Assembly (NCBI GenBank): GCA_015063235.1
Contig: SUSW01000033.1
Location: forward strand, 5,773-69,772
From: Thermoplasmata archaeon
Lineage (GTDB): Archaea > Thermoplasmatota > Thermoplasmata > Methanomassiliicoccales > Methanomethylophilaceae
Direction of reading: 5' to 3'
DNA: 64,000 nt
Made by a program: the position numbers and the translations under genes. Positions within the stretch are counted from its first letter, which is position 1; each line of letters begins with the position of its first letter. Of the stretch, positions 22,165-32,238 are shown in pieces. The notes beneath the pieces were generated by a model. The model worked only from the letters and a program-made list of their open reading frames with translations. It made no database searches and was not told the origin of the DNA.

Positions 22165-23094
22165 TCAGATCACCATCGGGATTACGTTCAGATGTAAAAC
22201 ATATCCTATGACCAGCAGTACTCCGAAGTGCCAATTCAGCTTGAAACACAGCGGAACCAGCATGAAACTGGCATGAGGATCGTTGGGGGCCTGCTTGCTG
22301 TTCTTATAGAGGATGTACGCATCATAGAGCGAAAGTAGCGCCAGCAGGCAGCCGTAGGGCGCGACACCTGTTATCACCAGGACGATCAGGATGGGGAACG
22401 ATACAAGTGCCTCGAACAAATACAGCTTCATCCCGTTCTCGTAGGACATGCGTCCTATCAGGGTTCCTGCTCCTGCTTTCTTGTCCTCGTAATAATCCCT
22501 CAGTTCGTTCCCTGCAAGGACTCCTGTGATCATGAACGTGTTCGGGAGTCCCAGAAGAAGAGGTTCCCAGGAGAAAAGCTCCCCTGTGAGGACACAGTAG
22601 GTTCCCAGAGGCATGAGGAGTCCCATCATAATGAATACCGATATCTGTCCCAAGCCGTGATACTTGTAGGAAAGTCCTACGGTGTACGTTCCAGCTCCGA
22701 TCAGTCCAAGTACCCCGTATAACAGCACGCCCCATCCCGAGTACCAGATGAAGATCAGACCCAGGATCGCGGTGACGCCCAGACATGCCAGTCCTGCATA
22801 CAGGACCTTCTTGGGTGTGAGTACGCCGGTTACAAGCTCCGGGGATCTGGTCTCGTTCTCAACGGTATCGACCCCGGATTTGAAATCCCCGTAAGTGTTG
22901 AGGATGTTGGCAGCGGACTGCAGCAGGCACCCTCCTATGAGGATCAGGATGAAAATGGTGACGCTCAGGGGGTTTACTTCTGCCGTCTGGAATGCTACCG
23001 CGCCTCCTATGAGGACAGGTACCACGGCCCCATGGAGTGTCCACGGCCTGAAAACGTTCCACCAGCCTGCCTTCACAGGCTTCACATCCGCCAT
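22165..23094 (-). CDS. menA: MenA-like (UbiA family) prenyltransferase
   Basis: RPWTL, NTYGDFKSGVD, YKYHGLG, NELRDYYED. Confidence 0.8.
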   Translation of the reverse strand: MADVKPVKAGWWNVFRPWTLHGAVVPVLIGGAVAFQTAEVNPLSVTIFILILIGGCLLQSAANILNTYGDFKSGVDTVENETRSPELVTGVLTPKKVLYAGLACLGVTAILGLIFIWYSGWGVLLYGVLGLIGAGTYTVGLSYKYHGLGQISVFIMMGLLMPLGTYCVLTGELFSWEPLLLGLPNTFMITGVLAGNELRDYYEDKKAGAGTLIGRMSYENGMKLYLFEALVSFPILIVLVITGVAPYGCLLALLSLYDAYILYKNSKQAPNDPHASFMLVPLCFKLNWHFGVLLVIGYVLHLNVIPMVI

Positions 23095-23172
23095 GGCTCG
23101 GAGATATTATTCATGTTATAAATGAATTATTTATCGATAATCGATAAATATTGATTAAGCTATGGAGGCATC

Positions 23173-24129
23173 ATGAAAGCGATGACGCTGCTGACCAGCA
23201 GTGCATTCATGATGATGGCCGCTATGGCCGTGGCATTGGTGACCAATTTCTGCGGATGGTTCCCTTCGGAGACCCTTAACCCGGATGTCCGTTCCAACCT
23301 TACCATAGGTACGCTCGTCGTCATGCTCACGCTTTCCATGTCAAGGATCCCCCTTCAGAACCTCAACCCGTTCAAGTACGGGAAGAGTATATGCAGGGCG
23401 ATCTTTCTGGGAATGGTGGTCGCATCGATCATACCGCTGGTCGGATACTTCCTGCTCAAGGATACCGAGTATACCAAGCAGGCGGCGGGTCTGGTTTTCA
23501 TCGCAGCGACACCGTTCGCAGGGTCCGTACTCCCCCTTTCCATCATCCTTCGCGGAGATGCAGAGCATGCCGCGAGGGGAACCATCGTGGTCTACATTCT
23601 TTCGCTCGTCTGGATCCCGTTCATAGTATGGCTGGCACTGGGCGATTCAGTTGATATGGAGTTCCTCGTCATCACCGTATTGGAGCTTATAGGAATACCG
23701 TTGGTGCTCTCAAGACTTCTTACAAAGCTGAAGATAGACAAGAACATCCTGGCCGCGTTCCTAAACTGCTGTATCTTCTTCATGGTATGGCTGTCGGTAG
23801 GTGCCACGAACTTCTCCGGCAACGAATTGTGGATATTCATCGTCTTCATAATCATCGCCATCCTCAGGTCCTTCGGATTGGGACTGGGTGTGGAGAAGGT
23901 GGAGAAGAAGGCAGGCATCCACTGGGGCCAGAGGGTCACAGATATCCTGATGACATCTTACAAGAACAAAGGTGTGGCCATCGCATTATGTGTCGCACTG
24001 TACCCTCCGGGTATGGTCGCGATCGCTACCTCGATCCTTGTCGAGATTACTTGGGTGGCATTCATGGATTCCGTACTGTTTTCGAAGAAGAGGATGGAGA
24101 AGGAGCTGGCCGGAGAAGCAGCGGAATGA
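23173..24129 (+). CDS. Membrane transporter, probably bile acid:Na+ symporter-like
   Basis: ~10 TM helices, ATP.A and KN motifs. Confidence 0.6.
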   Translation: MKAMTLLTSSAFMMMAAMAVALVTNFCGWFPSETLNPDVRSNLTIGTLVVMLTLSMSRIPLQNLNPFKYGKSICRAIFLGMVVASIIPLVGYFLLKDTEYTKQAAGLVFIAATPFAGSVLPLSIILRGDAEHAARGTIVVYILSLVWIPFIVWLALGDSVDMEFLVITVLELIGIPLVLSRLLTKLKIDKNILAAFLNCCIFFMVWLSVGATNFSGNELWIFIVFIIIAILRSFGLGLGVEKVEKKAGIHWGQRVTDILMTSYKNKGVAIALCVALYPPGMVAIATSILVEITWVAFMDSVLFSKKRMEKELAGEAAE

Positions 24130-24167
24130 TTGTTCTGTCGTCAGAACAGCCTGTTGAATAAAAATTC

Positions 24168-24196
24168 AGTAACACGAATTATGAATTAGTGTTACT
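24168..24196. repeat. 29-bp quasi-palindrome, copy 2 (AGTAACACGAATTATGAATTAGTGTTACT)
   Basis: 28/29 identical to copy 1; overlaps the stop codon of the convergent XRE gene. Confidence 0.85.
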
Positions 24197-24413
24197 CATC
24201 TTCCTCGGGTAGGTCCTCGACGTACTCGAGTATATCTCCGGGCTGACAGTCCAGCGCCTTGCATATCCCGTTGAGTGTAGAGAATCTTATGGCGCAGATC
24301 TTCCCTGTCTTGATGTTGGACAGATTGACGTTGGATATCCCCACCTTCTCGGCAAGCTCGTTGAGGGACATCTTCCTGTCAGCCATGACTCTGTCCAATC
24401 TAAGGATTATCAT
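24192..24413 (-). CDS. XRE/Cro family HTH regulator
   Basis: LDRVMADRKMSLNELAEKVGIS...IRFSTL...CQPGDILEY. Confidence 0.9.
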   Translation of the reverse strand: MIILRLDRVMADRKMSLNELAEKVGISNVNLSNIKTGKICAIRFSTLNGICKALDCQPGDILEYVEDLPEEDE

Positions 24414-24417
24414 AATA

Positions 24418-24942
24418 TCACAGCGTATGGTCGGATTCATCCTGCAGGATGCTCCCGTAGCGGAATACTATCGTAAGGCAGTACATCACGACGCTTATTA
24501 GAATACAGACCAGGAACATGCAGACCGCCATGATAGCATCCTCCCTGATCAGGTATTCCAAGACTGCCAATATCGCGGAGCAGACGAGGAAGGTGATGCT
24601 GACGGTCTTGAACCTTCCGGCATTCTCCTCAACGAAGGGACTGTGCTCCTTCAGGATGGAGTCCATGATATCATGGATGGCCTTCACGGTTATGAACATG
24701 GCAGTGAAGATCACAGTCAGTTCCAGCATCCCTGCAATCACGGAAAGGTCCGACTCCCCGCATTTGATCAGGGACACGAAGGTCTCGCGGATATCATCGG
24801 ACACGAACGATGCGATTCCCATCACCAGCACGGCTACTGCCAGCACGAGGAAGGCAATCTCTCCGATCAGCATCACTACCGAAGCGTAGCTGCAAACCCT
24901 TTTCAAAGTGTGGAGGTCCCCTCTCATGGCAGGCTGATACAT
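24418..24942 (-). CDS. DUF2975-like membrane protein
   Basis: 4 TM helices, SPF, YG.LQ.ESD.TL ending; typical partner of the XRE gene. Confidence 0.75.
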   Translation of the reverse strand: MYQPAMRGDLHTLKRVCSYASVVMLIGEIAFLVLAVAVLVMGIASFVSDDIRETFVSLIKCGESDLSVIAGMLELTVIFTAMFITVKAIHDIMDSILKEHSPFVEENAGRFKTVSITFLVCSAILAVLEYLIREDAIMAVCMFLVCILISVVMYCLTIVFRYGSILQDESDHTL

Positions 24943-24992
24943 CTACGAAAATAAGGTTTTATAGGGAAATGAGGATTGCAAAACCGACCCCC

Positions 24993-25634
24993 ATGACAGA
25001 GATTTCGAATCATTATCTGAAAGTCCTTCTCAGAGCGATACCTGCCGGTATGGCAATCGGACTGGGTGGGTGCGTCCTCATGGGTACTATGAGCATCAAC
25101 CCCGAACTGAAATGGGTCGGAGCGATCTTATTCTCAGTGGGCCTGTTCGTGGTGTTCACCTTTGGTCTGGACCTTTACACGGGGAAGGTCGGATACATGT
25201 TCAGCGACAAGCCCTGGACCTACGGCATCGACCTGCTGTTGATGTTGGTCGGGAACTTCATCGGTGCTCTTTTCATCGGACTGATAATGCCTATGTCGGA
25301 GCAGTTCGTTCCCGGATTCATAGATGCGAGGCTCGATATGCTGGATGACCCCATAATGATCATCTGCAAGGGAATCTTCTGCGGTATGCTGATGTTCATC
25401 GCAGCGGATGTTTATAAAACAAAGAAGTCCTATCTCGGGGCATTCATCTGTGTTCCTGTCTTCATCCTGGCAGGTTCGGAGCACAGCATAGCGGACATGT
25501 TCTACTTCTGTGCCGCGGGAGTGTTCTCAGCGGATATGCTGGTATTCATCCTTCTTGTGGCCCTTGGTAATGCCATAGGCGGAGTAATCATACCTCTGTT
25601 CCAGAAAGTGATGTACGAGAAAGAATCCGCTTGA
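24993..25634 (+). CDS. Formate/nitrite transporter family protein
   Basis: LYTG, GNFIG, EHSIADM, LGNAIGG. Confidence 0.88.
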   Translation: MTEISNHYLKVLLRAIPAGMAIGLGGCVLMGTMSINPELKWVGAILFSVGLFVVFTFGLDLYTGKVGYMFSDKPWTYGIDLLLMLVGNFIGALFIGLIMPMSEQFVPGFIDARLDMLDDPIMIICKGIFCGMLMFIAADVYKTKKSYLGAFICVPVFILAGSEHSIADMFYFCAAGVFSADMLVFILLVALGNAIGGVIIPLFQKVMYEKESA

Positions 25635-25687
25635 ACGGAATGAATAAAAGATGATGGGCTGAGCCCACCACCGATATTGTTTTCAGA

Positions 25688-27619
25688 TCACTCGTCGCTG
25701 GATCCGGAGCGGACTTTGACGGCCATTCCCTTCTTCATCTGCTTGATCTCAAAGGGTATGAGGAATGCGCGTCCGGTGGCGATGGGGTTGTCATCCTTGT
25801 CAGTGACGATGACCTCCTCCATGGGTCTTATTTCGGGATCGCATTCGGTGACGAACTGGGCGAAGACGTTCCTGCCCTCTGCTGCGAACGGCACTGCATC
25901 ATCGGCGACCTGCACTCTCATGAACGGTTTGGGGACGGCCTTGACGATCCTCTTTGCACCCTCCAGTTTGAGGGTGTAGAGTCCGTCGCCTGCGCGCATC
26001 GACAGAACATGCTCTCCGTCGGAGATCACATTCCTGATCTTTCCTGTCTTCTTGCTGGTAACCAGCTCGACAGGTTCTCTGAACAGTGCATCCGCAGCCT
26101 CAATTCCGAACTGGTATCTGGCCACCGCCTTGGCCCTGAGCATGTCGGCATCGTACTCCTCCGTGCCGCCTTCAGGAATCTGATCCTGGAGGATGGCCTC
26201 CTTGACGCCCATCATTCCCAGGAACTGGTAGGTGATCCTCTCAGATTCCGTCTCGGTCTCCATATCGGGTATCTGGGGGAACAGCGACTGTGCAAGCGGA
26301 TACAGTTCGTCCAGCTCTGCGGGCACCGGGCCGAAAGGCGATATGACGATAGGTGTGTAGCCTGCCTTCCTTGCCTTGTCGAACTCGTGCTCATAGGGTC
26401 TGCTGTAGGGCTTCCCGTGCGTATCGGCGAACAGGACGACCTTGTCCGTAGGCAGGACATATCTGGTTCCTAATCTGTCGAGGTATCTTTTGAACACAGG
26501 TCTTGCTCTGGTCTCAGGTCCGGTGTAGAATATGGCGCCGTCACGGCTGATGGGGTCGTAAAGCTCCATCATATCCTGATAGTCCTTCAGCTTCCTGAGC
26601 GCTTCGAGCAGAGCAGGGTGCGCTCTGCATCTGAGCTCTGCCAATTCCCAGAGGCGTCCCTCGCGGATGTATCTCCTGACGAGGTTCAGCTCGTTGACTA
26701 TTGCGTAGAGGTTATGCTCGGCGATGAGCTTGGTCCTCTTGGACTTGTCCATCTTCTTGAGCTCGTCGAGGGTGTGTCCGCGGCATGTGGGACAGTTGCA
26801 GTCCAGCGATTCCATTTCCGCCAGGCGGAAGGTTCCGTCAACGAACATCATCCTATCGTCCCTTGCGAATTTCGCGTATGAGGCTGAATCGAAGAAGTCG
26901 CATCCCATCAACGCTGCGAAGGCGAGGATCATTGGGTGTCCCGCACCGAACAGGTGTACTGGGCGGTTGGGGTTGAGGCCCTTCTTGCTGGACATCACTA
27001 CATCGACCAGTTCCGCGTATCTGTACTGCTCCATCAGAGGGACCACACCGCCTATGGGGTGAACGTCGATGTCCATCGAGGCCATCCTTCTTGCACAGTC
27101 TTCTCTGAGGTCGGTATAGACGGATCCCTGAGCGACCCCGTTGATCATCATGTCGCCCTTCATGTCGCAGGCTTGCTGTGTTCTCTCCAGAGTGACCTCG
27201 ATGGATTTCGCTGTCTCCTCCTTGGTCCAATAGGGTTCTGTGAAAATGTCAAGAACGGTACCGATGTCGGTGCCTATTGATTTCTGGAACTCCACGATCT
27301 CCTCGTTGGTTAGTTTGACCTCGCCGTACATGTGGCTCTGGAAGGTACCGGAATCGGTCATTATGATTCCCGGGAAGTCAAGCATCTCATGGAGTCCCAT
27401 GGATTGTGCCTTCTCCTTCAGATCGGGAGTGTTCTTGATGATATATGAGTTCGTGATCAGGGATTTGAATCCGAATGTATCGTATAGCTCCCTTGCGGGT
27501 ACCGTGTTGATCTTCGGATTGATCACCGGGAACAATGCCGGCGTTTCCATGGTGCGACCCGATTTCGTTGTGAATTTTCCGATACGGGCGAGCCCGTCCC
27601 TTCTGATGATCTCGAACAT
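25688..27619 (-). CDS. tgtA: Archaeosine tRNA-guanine transglycosylase
   Basis: TDSGTFQ, HLFGAG, DSAS, CNCPTC, C-terminal PUA domain. Confidence 0.95.
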   Translation of the reverse strand: MFEIIRRDGLARIGKFTTKSGRTMETPALFPVINPKINTVPARELYDTFGFKSLITNSYIIKNTPDLKEKAQSMGLHEMLDFPGIIMTDSGTFQSHMYGEVKLTNEEIVEFQKSIGTDIGTVLDIFTEPYWTKEETAKSIEVTLERTQQACDMKGDMMINGVAQGSVYTDLREDCARRMASMDIDVHPIGGVVPLMEQYRYAELVDVVMSSKKGLNPNRPVHLFGAGHPMILAFAALMGCDFFDSASYAKFARDDRMMFVDGTFRLAEMESLDCNCPTCRGHTLDELKKMDKSKRTKLIAEHNLYAIVNELNLVRRYIREGRLWELAELRCRAHPALLEALRKLKDYQDMMELYDPISRDGAIFYTGPETRARPVFKRYLDRLGTRYVLPTDKVVLFADTHGKPYSRPYEHEFDKARKAGYTPIVISPFGPVPAELDELYPLAQSLFPQIPDMETETESERITYQFLGMMGVKEAILQDQIPEGGTEEYDADMLRAKAVARYQFGIEAADALFREPVELVTSKKTGKIRNVISDGEHVLSMRAGDGLYTLKLEGAKRIVKAVPKPFMRVQVADDAVPFAAEGRNVFAQFVTECDPEIRPMEEVIVTDKDDNPIATGRAFLIPFEIKQMKKGMAVKVRSGSSDE

Positions 27620-27737
27620 TGGCTCTGGATTGCTCTATCTTTTTAATGCCTTTGCTTGCCTCGTTCGGGGATTAACATCGCTTAAACACATCATTTTCCA
27701 ACCTTTCGGTTTTAATAACCGCTGTTATCGCACAATC

Positions 27738-28106
27738 ATGAAGATTGCAGTCACATACGAGGACGGACAGGTCTTCCAGCATTTCGGAAGGACTCAGGAG
27801 TTCAAGGTGTATGATGTGGAGGACGGAAAGGTCGTCTCCTCAAGGGTCATCGGCAACGAGGGGTTATCTCACGGAGCCCTCGGAGAGATCCTCATGAGGG
27901 AGAAGGTCGATGTGTTCATCTGCGGAGGTATCGGAGGAGGCGCGAGACAGATGATTGTGTCGCGCGGCATAGAGCTTCTTCCCGGAGTGTCCGGCGATGC
28001 GGATGCCGTGGTATCGGACTATCTCGCAGGCAAGCTCGATTACGATCCCGAAGCCTCATGCCATGAGCACGGCGAGCACCACAACTGCAGCCACAGCTGC
28101 CACTGA
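27738..28106 (+). CDS. NifB/NifX-family FeMo-cofactor-binding domain protein
   Basis: FQHFG, ICGGIG, His/Cys-rich tail. Confidence 0.85.
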   Translation: MKIAVTYEDGQVFQHFGRTQEFKVYDVEDGKVVSSRVIGNEGLSHGALGEILMREKVDVFICGGIGGGARQMIVSRGIELLPGVSGDADAVVSDYLAGKLDYDPEASCHEHGEHHNCSHSCH

Positions 28107-28135
28107 CGGTCCGTCTCCCGGGTCACCGGGCAAAC

Positions 28136-29479
28136 TCATTCAGAAACATCTTTCAGGCTCATGCCCTTTGTCTCTTTTCCGAACACCAGGATTATCACTG
28201 CGACGAATGCGAACGCTGCTGCTAACACTGCGAACACCAGCATGAATCCGTCATCCGTGCCGAATGCTGCGTACATCGCGGGGACGATGAAAGGCGCTAT
28301 GAATGCTCCGATCCTTCCGAAGGCCGCTGCCCATCCGTTACCCGATCCGCGGACATCCGTGGGGTAGACCTCTGGAGTGTAGGAATATACGCATCCCCAT
28401 GCTCCGAGGGCGAAGAAATACAGCAGGCATCCCGTGGCGAGGATCATTGCTTCCGAATCTGCGTGACCGAACAGCCATGCCGCTACTGCGGTTCCTGCGA
28501 AGTAGATGACAAGGGTAGGCTTGCGTCCCAATCTCTCGATCAGCAGCGCAGCGCTGAAGTATCCCGGAAGCTGAGCGATGCACATGACGAGCGTGAATCC
28601 CAGACTCTTGACGATGTCGAAACCCTGCTCGGTGAGAAGCGTCGGCGTCCAGAGGACGAATCCGTAGTATCCGAAGTTTATCCCGAACCAGATTATCCAC
28701 AGTACGGCGGTGGTGCGAAGGTTGGCCTTCGTCCAAAGCATCCTGAATTCCTCATACCAGGGTTTCTTCTCCTGTTTCTCGACAGGGGAATCGTCCTTCA
28801 CGGGTTCGACCTCTGCCGCCCTCTCGAAGTCGGATACGATCTTCTCTGCTTCGTCACGTCTGCCGTTCAGCTCCAGGTATCTCGGGGACTCCGGTACCTT
28901 GAAACGTAGGAGCGCTGCGAATAGTGCGGGCACAGCACCTATGAAGAATGCGGCCCTCCATCCGAATTCCGGAATCGCAAGGAATGCTACTAGCGAAGCA
29001 GCAATCCATCCCCAGGCCCAGAAACTCTCCAGGATGACAACGTTCCTCCCTCTTGATTTTAGGGGCGAGACCTCGCTCACCAAAGTCGATGCTGCGGGAA
29101 GCTCGCCTCCGAGTCCGAAACCTGTGATGAAACGGAATATCATGAGCATCCAATAGTCATTTGCAAGACCGCAGAGGAAGCTTCCTATGCTGTATATCAG
29201 AAGGGTGTAGAGGATCACGGTACGTCTTCCGAGACGGTCTGATATAGCACCGGATAATGCGGCACCGACAATCATGCCTAAAAGTCCTGAACTGGTGAGC
29301 CAGCTGAGCTCATATTTGGTAAGATCCCAATCCTTACCGATGGCCGCGATCACACCGCTGACCATTCCCTGATCCATCGCATCGAACATCCATCCGATAC
29401 CGACGAGTATCAGTATCGTCCAGGTCACCTTGGTCATCGGCAGCGATTCAAGACGCTTTGAGATGTTCGACATTTCCAC
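28136..29479 (-). CDS. MFS transporter (NiaP/sugar-porter-like)
   Basis: DRLGRR, GLGGE, PESPRYL, PEVYPT. Confidence 0.88.
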   Translation of the reverse strand: MEMSNISKRLESLPMTKVTWTILILVGIGWMFDAMDQGMVSGVIAAIGKDWDLTKYELSWLTSSGLLGMIVGAALSGAISDRLGRRTVILYTLLIYSIGSFLCGLANDYWMLMIFRFITGFGLGGELPAASTLVSEVSPLKSRGRNVVILESFWAWGWIAASLVAFLAIPEFGWRAAFFIGAVPALFAALLRFKVPESPRYLELNGRRDEAEKIVSDFERAAEVEPVKDDSPVEKQEKKPWYEEFRMLWTKANLRTTAVLWIIWFGINFGYYGFVLWTPTLLTEQGFDIVKSLGFTLVMCIAQLPGYFSAALLIERLGRKPTLVIYFAGTAVAAWLFGHADSEAMILATGCLLYFFALGAWGCVYSYTPEVYPTDVRGSGNGWAAAFGRIGAFIAPFIVPAMYAAFGTDDGFMLVFAVLAAAFAFVAVIILVFGKETKGMSLKDVSE

Positions 29480-29650
29480 CGAGGGCGCTGATTGGACTCT
29501 GTGATATAAAAATAGAATGCTGGGACGGGTGCCGGCATAGTGTATGCCATGCCAGACCCAGTCCGATGGGTTTTCAACGGTTTCTGCGCAGTACGAATAC
29601 TATTGCTCCGATGAACACGATGGCAGCGACGATTCCGATGGCGACATCCA

Positions 29651-30502
29651 TCATCGTGCCGGGGCTTCATTTTCGCCGAGGTATCTTTTCGATATGACAT
29701 TGAAATCCCTGTCGAACTCGTACACTAAGGGGATTCCATTAGGGATGTTAACTTCTACTATGTCCTTGTCCGAAATGTTCTCCAGGTACTTCACCATGGC
29801 ACGGAGCGAATTTCCGTGTGCGACGATGATCACCTTTTCGCCTGCCAGCATCCGGGGCTTGATGACTTCGTTGAAATAGGGGATGGCCCGTTCAACAGTG
29901 TCCTTCAGGCATTCTGTCAGAGGGAGTTCCTCTGCGGGGATATCCTTGTACTGCTCCTGCTTCGCGGGGTTTCTCTCATCATCGGGATCAAGCGCCGGCG
30001 GGGGAACATCATAGGATCTGCGCCATATCTTGACCTGTTCCTCCCCGTATATCTTTGCTGTCTCCTCTTTGTTGAGTCCCTGCAGAGCGCCGTAATGTCT
30101 CTCGTTCAGTTTCCACGATTTGATCACTGGAAGCCACTCGAGGTCTATTTCATCCAATACGATATCGAGTGTGTGGATGGCGCGTTTCAGATACGATGTA
30201 TAACAGACGTCGAAGCTGAATCCCTCCTCCTTCAGTAGTTTTCCGGCCGTCTCGGCCTCTTTTCTGCCGTTATCGGAGAGGTCCACATCGGTCCATCCTG
30301 TGAAAAGGTTCAGCTTGTTCCATTCGCTCTCGCCGTGGCGGAGGAGTACAAGGGTCATAGTCTCCGTGGGAGGGTCGTCCGGATCATCTGATGATGATTG
30401 AGTAACATCATACACTACGACCGATACGGCTGCCGCAACGAGGCAGACCAGCAATACCGCTTTGATCCAATCGGGAACAGCGTCACTCATCACGGTAAAC
30501 AT
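29651..30502 (-). CDS. gpmA: 2,3-bisphosphoglycerate-dependent phosphoglycerate mutase with an apparent N-terminal membrane anchor
   Basis: [24 protein letters not shown]; in-frame hydrophobic segment upstream; alternative start at 30358. Confidence 0.85.
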   Translation of the reverse strand: MFTVMSDAVPDWIKAVLLVCLVAAAVSVVVYDVTQSSSDDPDDPPTETMTLVLLRHGESEWNKLNLFTGWTDVDLSDNGRKEAETAGKLLKEEGFSFDVCYTSYLKRAIHTLDIVLDEIDLEWLPVIKSWKLNERHYGALQGLNKEETAKIYGEEQVKIWRRSYDVPPPALDPDDERNPAKQEQYKDIPAEELPLTECLKDTVERAIPYFNEVIKPRMLAGEKVIIVAHGNSLRAMVKYLENISDKDIVEVNIPNGIPLVYEFDRDFNVISKRYLGENEAPAR

Positions 30503-30616
30503 TCGGCTCAGCGTATCTAGTTATGAAGCCTCAAAAGACTTATGGGCTTCATTTCAGGAATTGTGCTAAGATGTTTGGGTCGGACGGATACGACTCAACG
30601 CATCCGTCCGACTTGG

Positions 30617-32002
30617 TCACCATAGAGATATGCCTGCGATTCCAAGCAATCCTACCACGAGGATGATCGTCAGGAACACAGGACAGATGAACATTATCAT
30701 CACTCTGAAGACGGGCTTGAATTTGAAATCGCTCGAGATCTCGATCTCCTCTTCCAGATAGGTGGTCTTGACCACGTATCCTATGAACAGGCACAGCAGG
30801 ATGGCCGCAACAGGCATCATAATGTTATTGGTGATCGTATCGAAGAATCCGAGCCAGCCTGCTCCTTGGCTGAGCGGTGTGTCGAAGGCAAGCGGTCCGT
30901 TATCGAATCCCAGGGCACATATTACTCCCAGAATCAGGATTATCACAGCTGTGACCCCTATGGCCCTCCGACGGTCCATCTTGGTACCGTCCACGAACAC
31001 CGACGCACAGGTCTCCGCCAAGGATACAGCGGATGTGAGGGCTGCGAACAGCACCAGAAGGTAGAACACGGGTGCGACGAAGGCTCCTCCGGGCATCTGC
31101 GCGAAAACCTGGGGCAATGCGACGAACATGAGTCCCATGCCCTGAGAGTCCTGGAATCCGAATACGAATGCTGCAGGGATGATCATGATGCCTGCCAGAA
31201 GGGCCACACCGGTATCGATGGCACCGACTTGGAACGAGGACTTGGTAAGATCAACCTCTTTCTTAGTGTAGGAACCGTATGTTATCAAGATCCCCATCGC
31301 GATGGACATCGAGTAGAAAATCTGACTGATGGCTCCCAGGAAAGTATCGGGGCTGAGGGCGCTGATATCGGGGTTGAGGTAGAATCTCACACCGTCCCAT
31401 ATGCCGTCCACTGCGATCATCTCGTAACCTGTTACGAAAATGATCATGATGAGAAGTGCGGGCATCAGGATTTTGCTCATCCTCTCGATTCCTTTCTCCA
31501 CTCCCACCACTATGCATAGGATGCAGAGCACGGCGAATACGATGAACCACAGAGTGGGTCCGTAGAATCCTGAATCCGTGCCGCCAGTGACGAAGTTCCA
31601 CCAATAGGACCCCCCGTCCTCTGAAAGGGTGGACAAATTGCCGGTACCGCACTCGACCAGCCATTTGGTGACCCATCCTCCGATCAGGCAGTAATAAGGT
31701 ACGATCAACATAGGGATGATGGCCGCGAGATAACCTATCGCGCGGTATTTCTTGGCGAATCCCGAAAAGGCCGCTATACAGGATTTTCCTGTTTTTCTTC
31801 CGAAGGAGGTCTCCAGGAGCATCAGACTGACTCCGAACGTGAATGCAAGAATCACGTAGATCAGAACGAATATCCCTCCGCCGTAGTGGGAGGTCTCATA
31901 CGGGAAACGCCAAAGGTTTCCGAGACCGACAGTAGAGGCGGACGTTGCTAGGATGAATCCGAGTTTTCCGCTGAAGGAGGCTCTTTCCTCAATCTCTGAC
32001 AT
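30617..32002 (-). CDS. Sodium-dependent transporter (NSS family)
   Basis: VGLGNLWRFPY, QIFYSMS, TYGSY. Confidence 0.9.
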   Translation of the reverse strand: MSEIEERASFSGKLGFILATSASTVGLGNLWRFPYETSHYGGGIFVLIYVILAFTFGVSLMLLETSFGRKTGKSCIAAFSGFAKKYRAIGYLAAIIPMLIVPYYCLIGGWVTKWLVECGTGNLSTLSEDGGSYWWNFVTGGTDSGFYGPTLWFIVFAVLCILCIVVGVEKGIERMSKILMPALLIMIIFVTGYEMIAVDGIWDGVRFYLNPDISALSPDTFLGAISQIFYSMSIAMGILITYGSYTKKEVDLTKSSFQVGAIDTGVALLAGIMIIPAAFVFGFQDSQGMGLMFVALPQVFAQMPGGAFVAPVFYLLVLFAALTSAVSLAETCASVFVDGTKMDRRRAIGVTAVIILILGVICALGFDNGPLAFDTPLSQGAGWLGFFDTITNNIMMPVAAILLCLFIGYVVKTTYLEEEIEISSDFKFKPVFRVMIMFICPVFLTIILVVGLLGIAGISLW

Positions 32003-32238
32003 GCCGACCACAAACGTCTATTTGATATAAGCTTGTTATTGGGATTGTTTAGTCAATCGGAAAGTATGCTGGCTATCACATTCCGTCTGTAAATTTTTAC
32101 GATCTCGGATGCGGTTGGATGATAGAATCATCTTACTTTATTCGTTTATATACCTGAACAAATAACGGTAGGTATTAGCAAAATAAAGCCGAGACCTTTA
32201 TATTATTGAATCGCGTACACTTTTCCGGATGGGATAGC

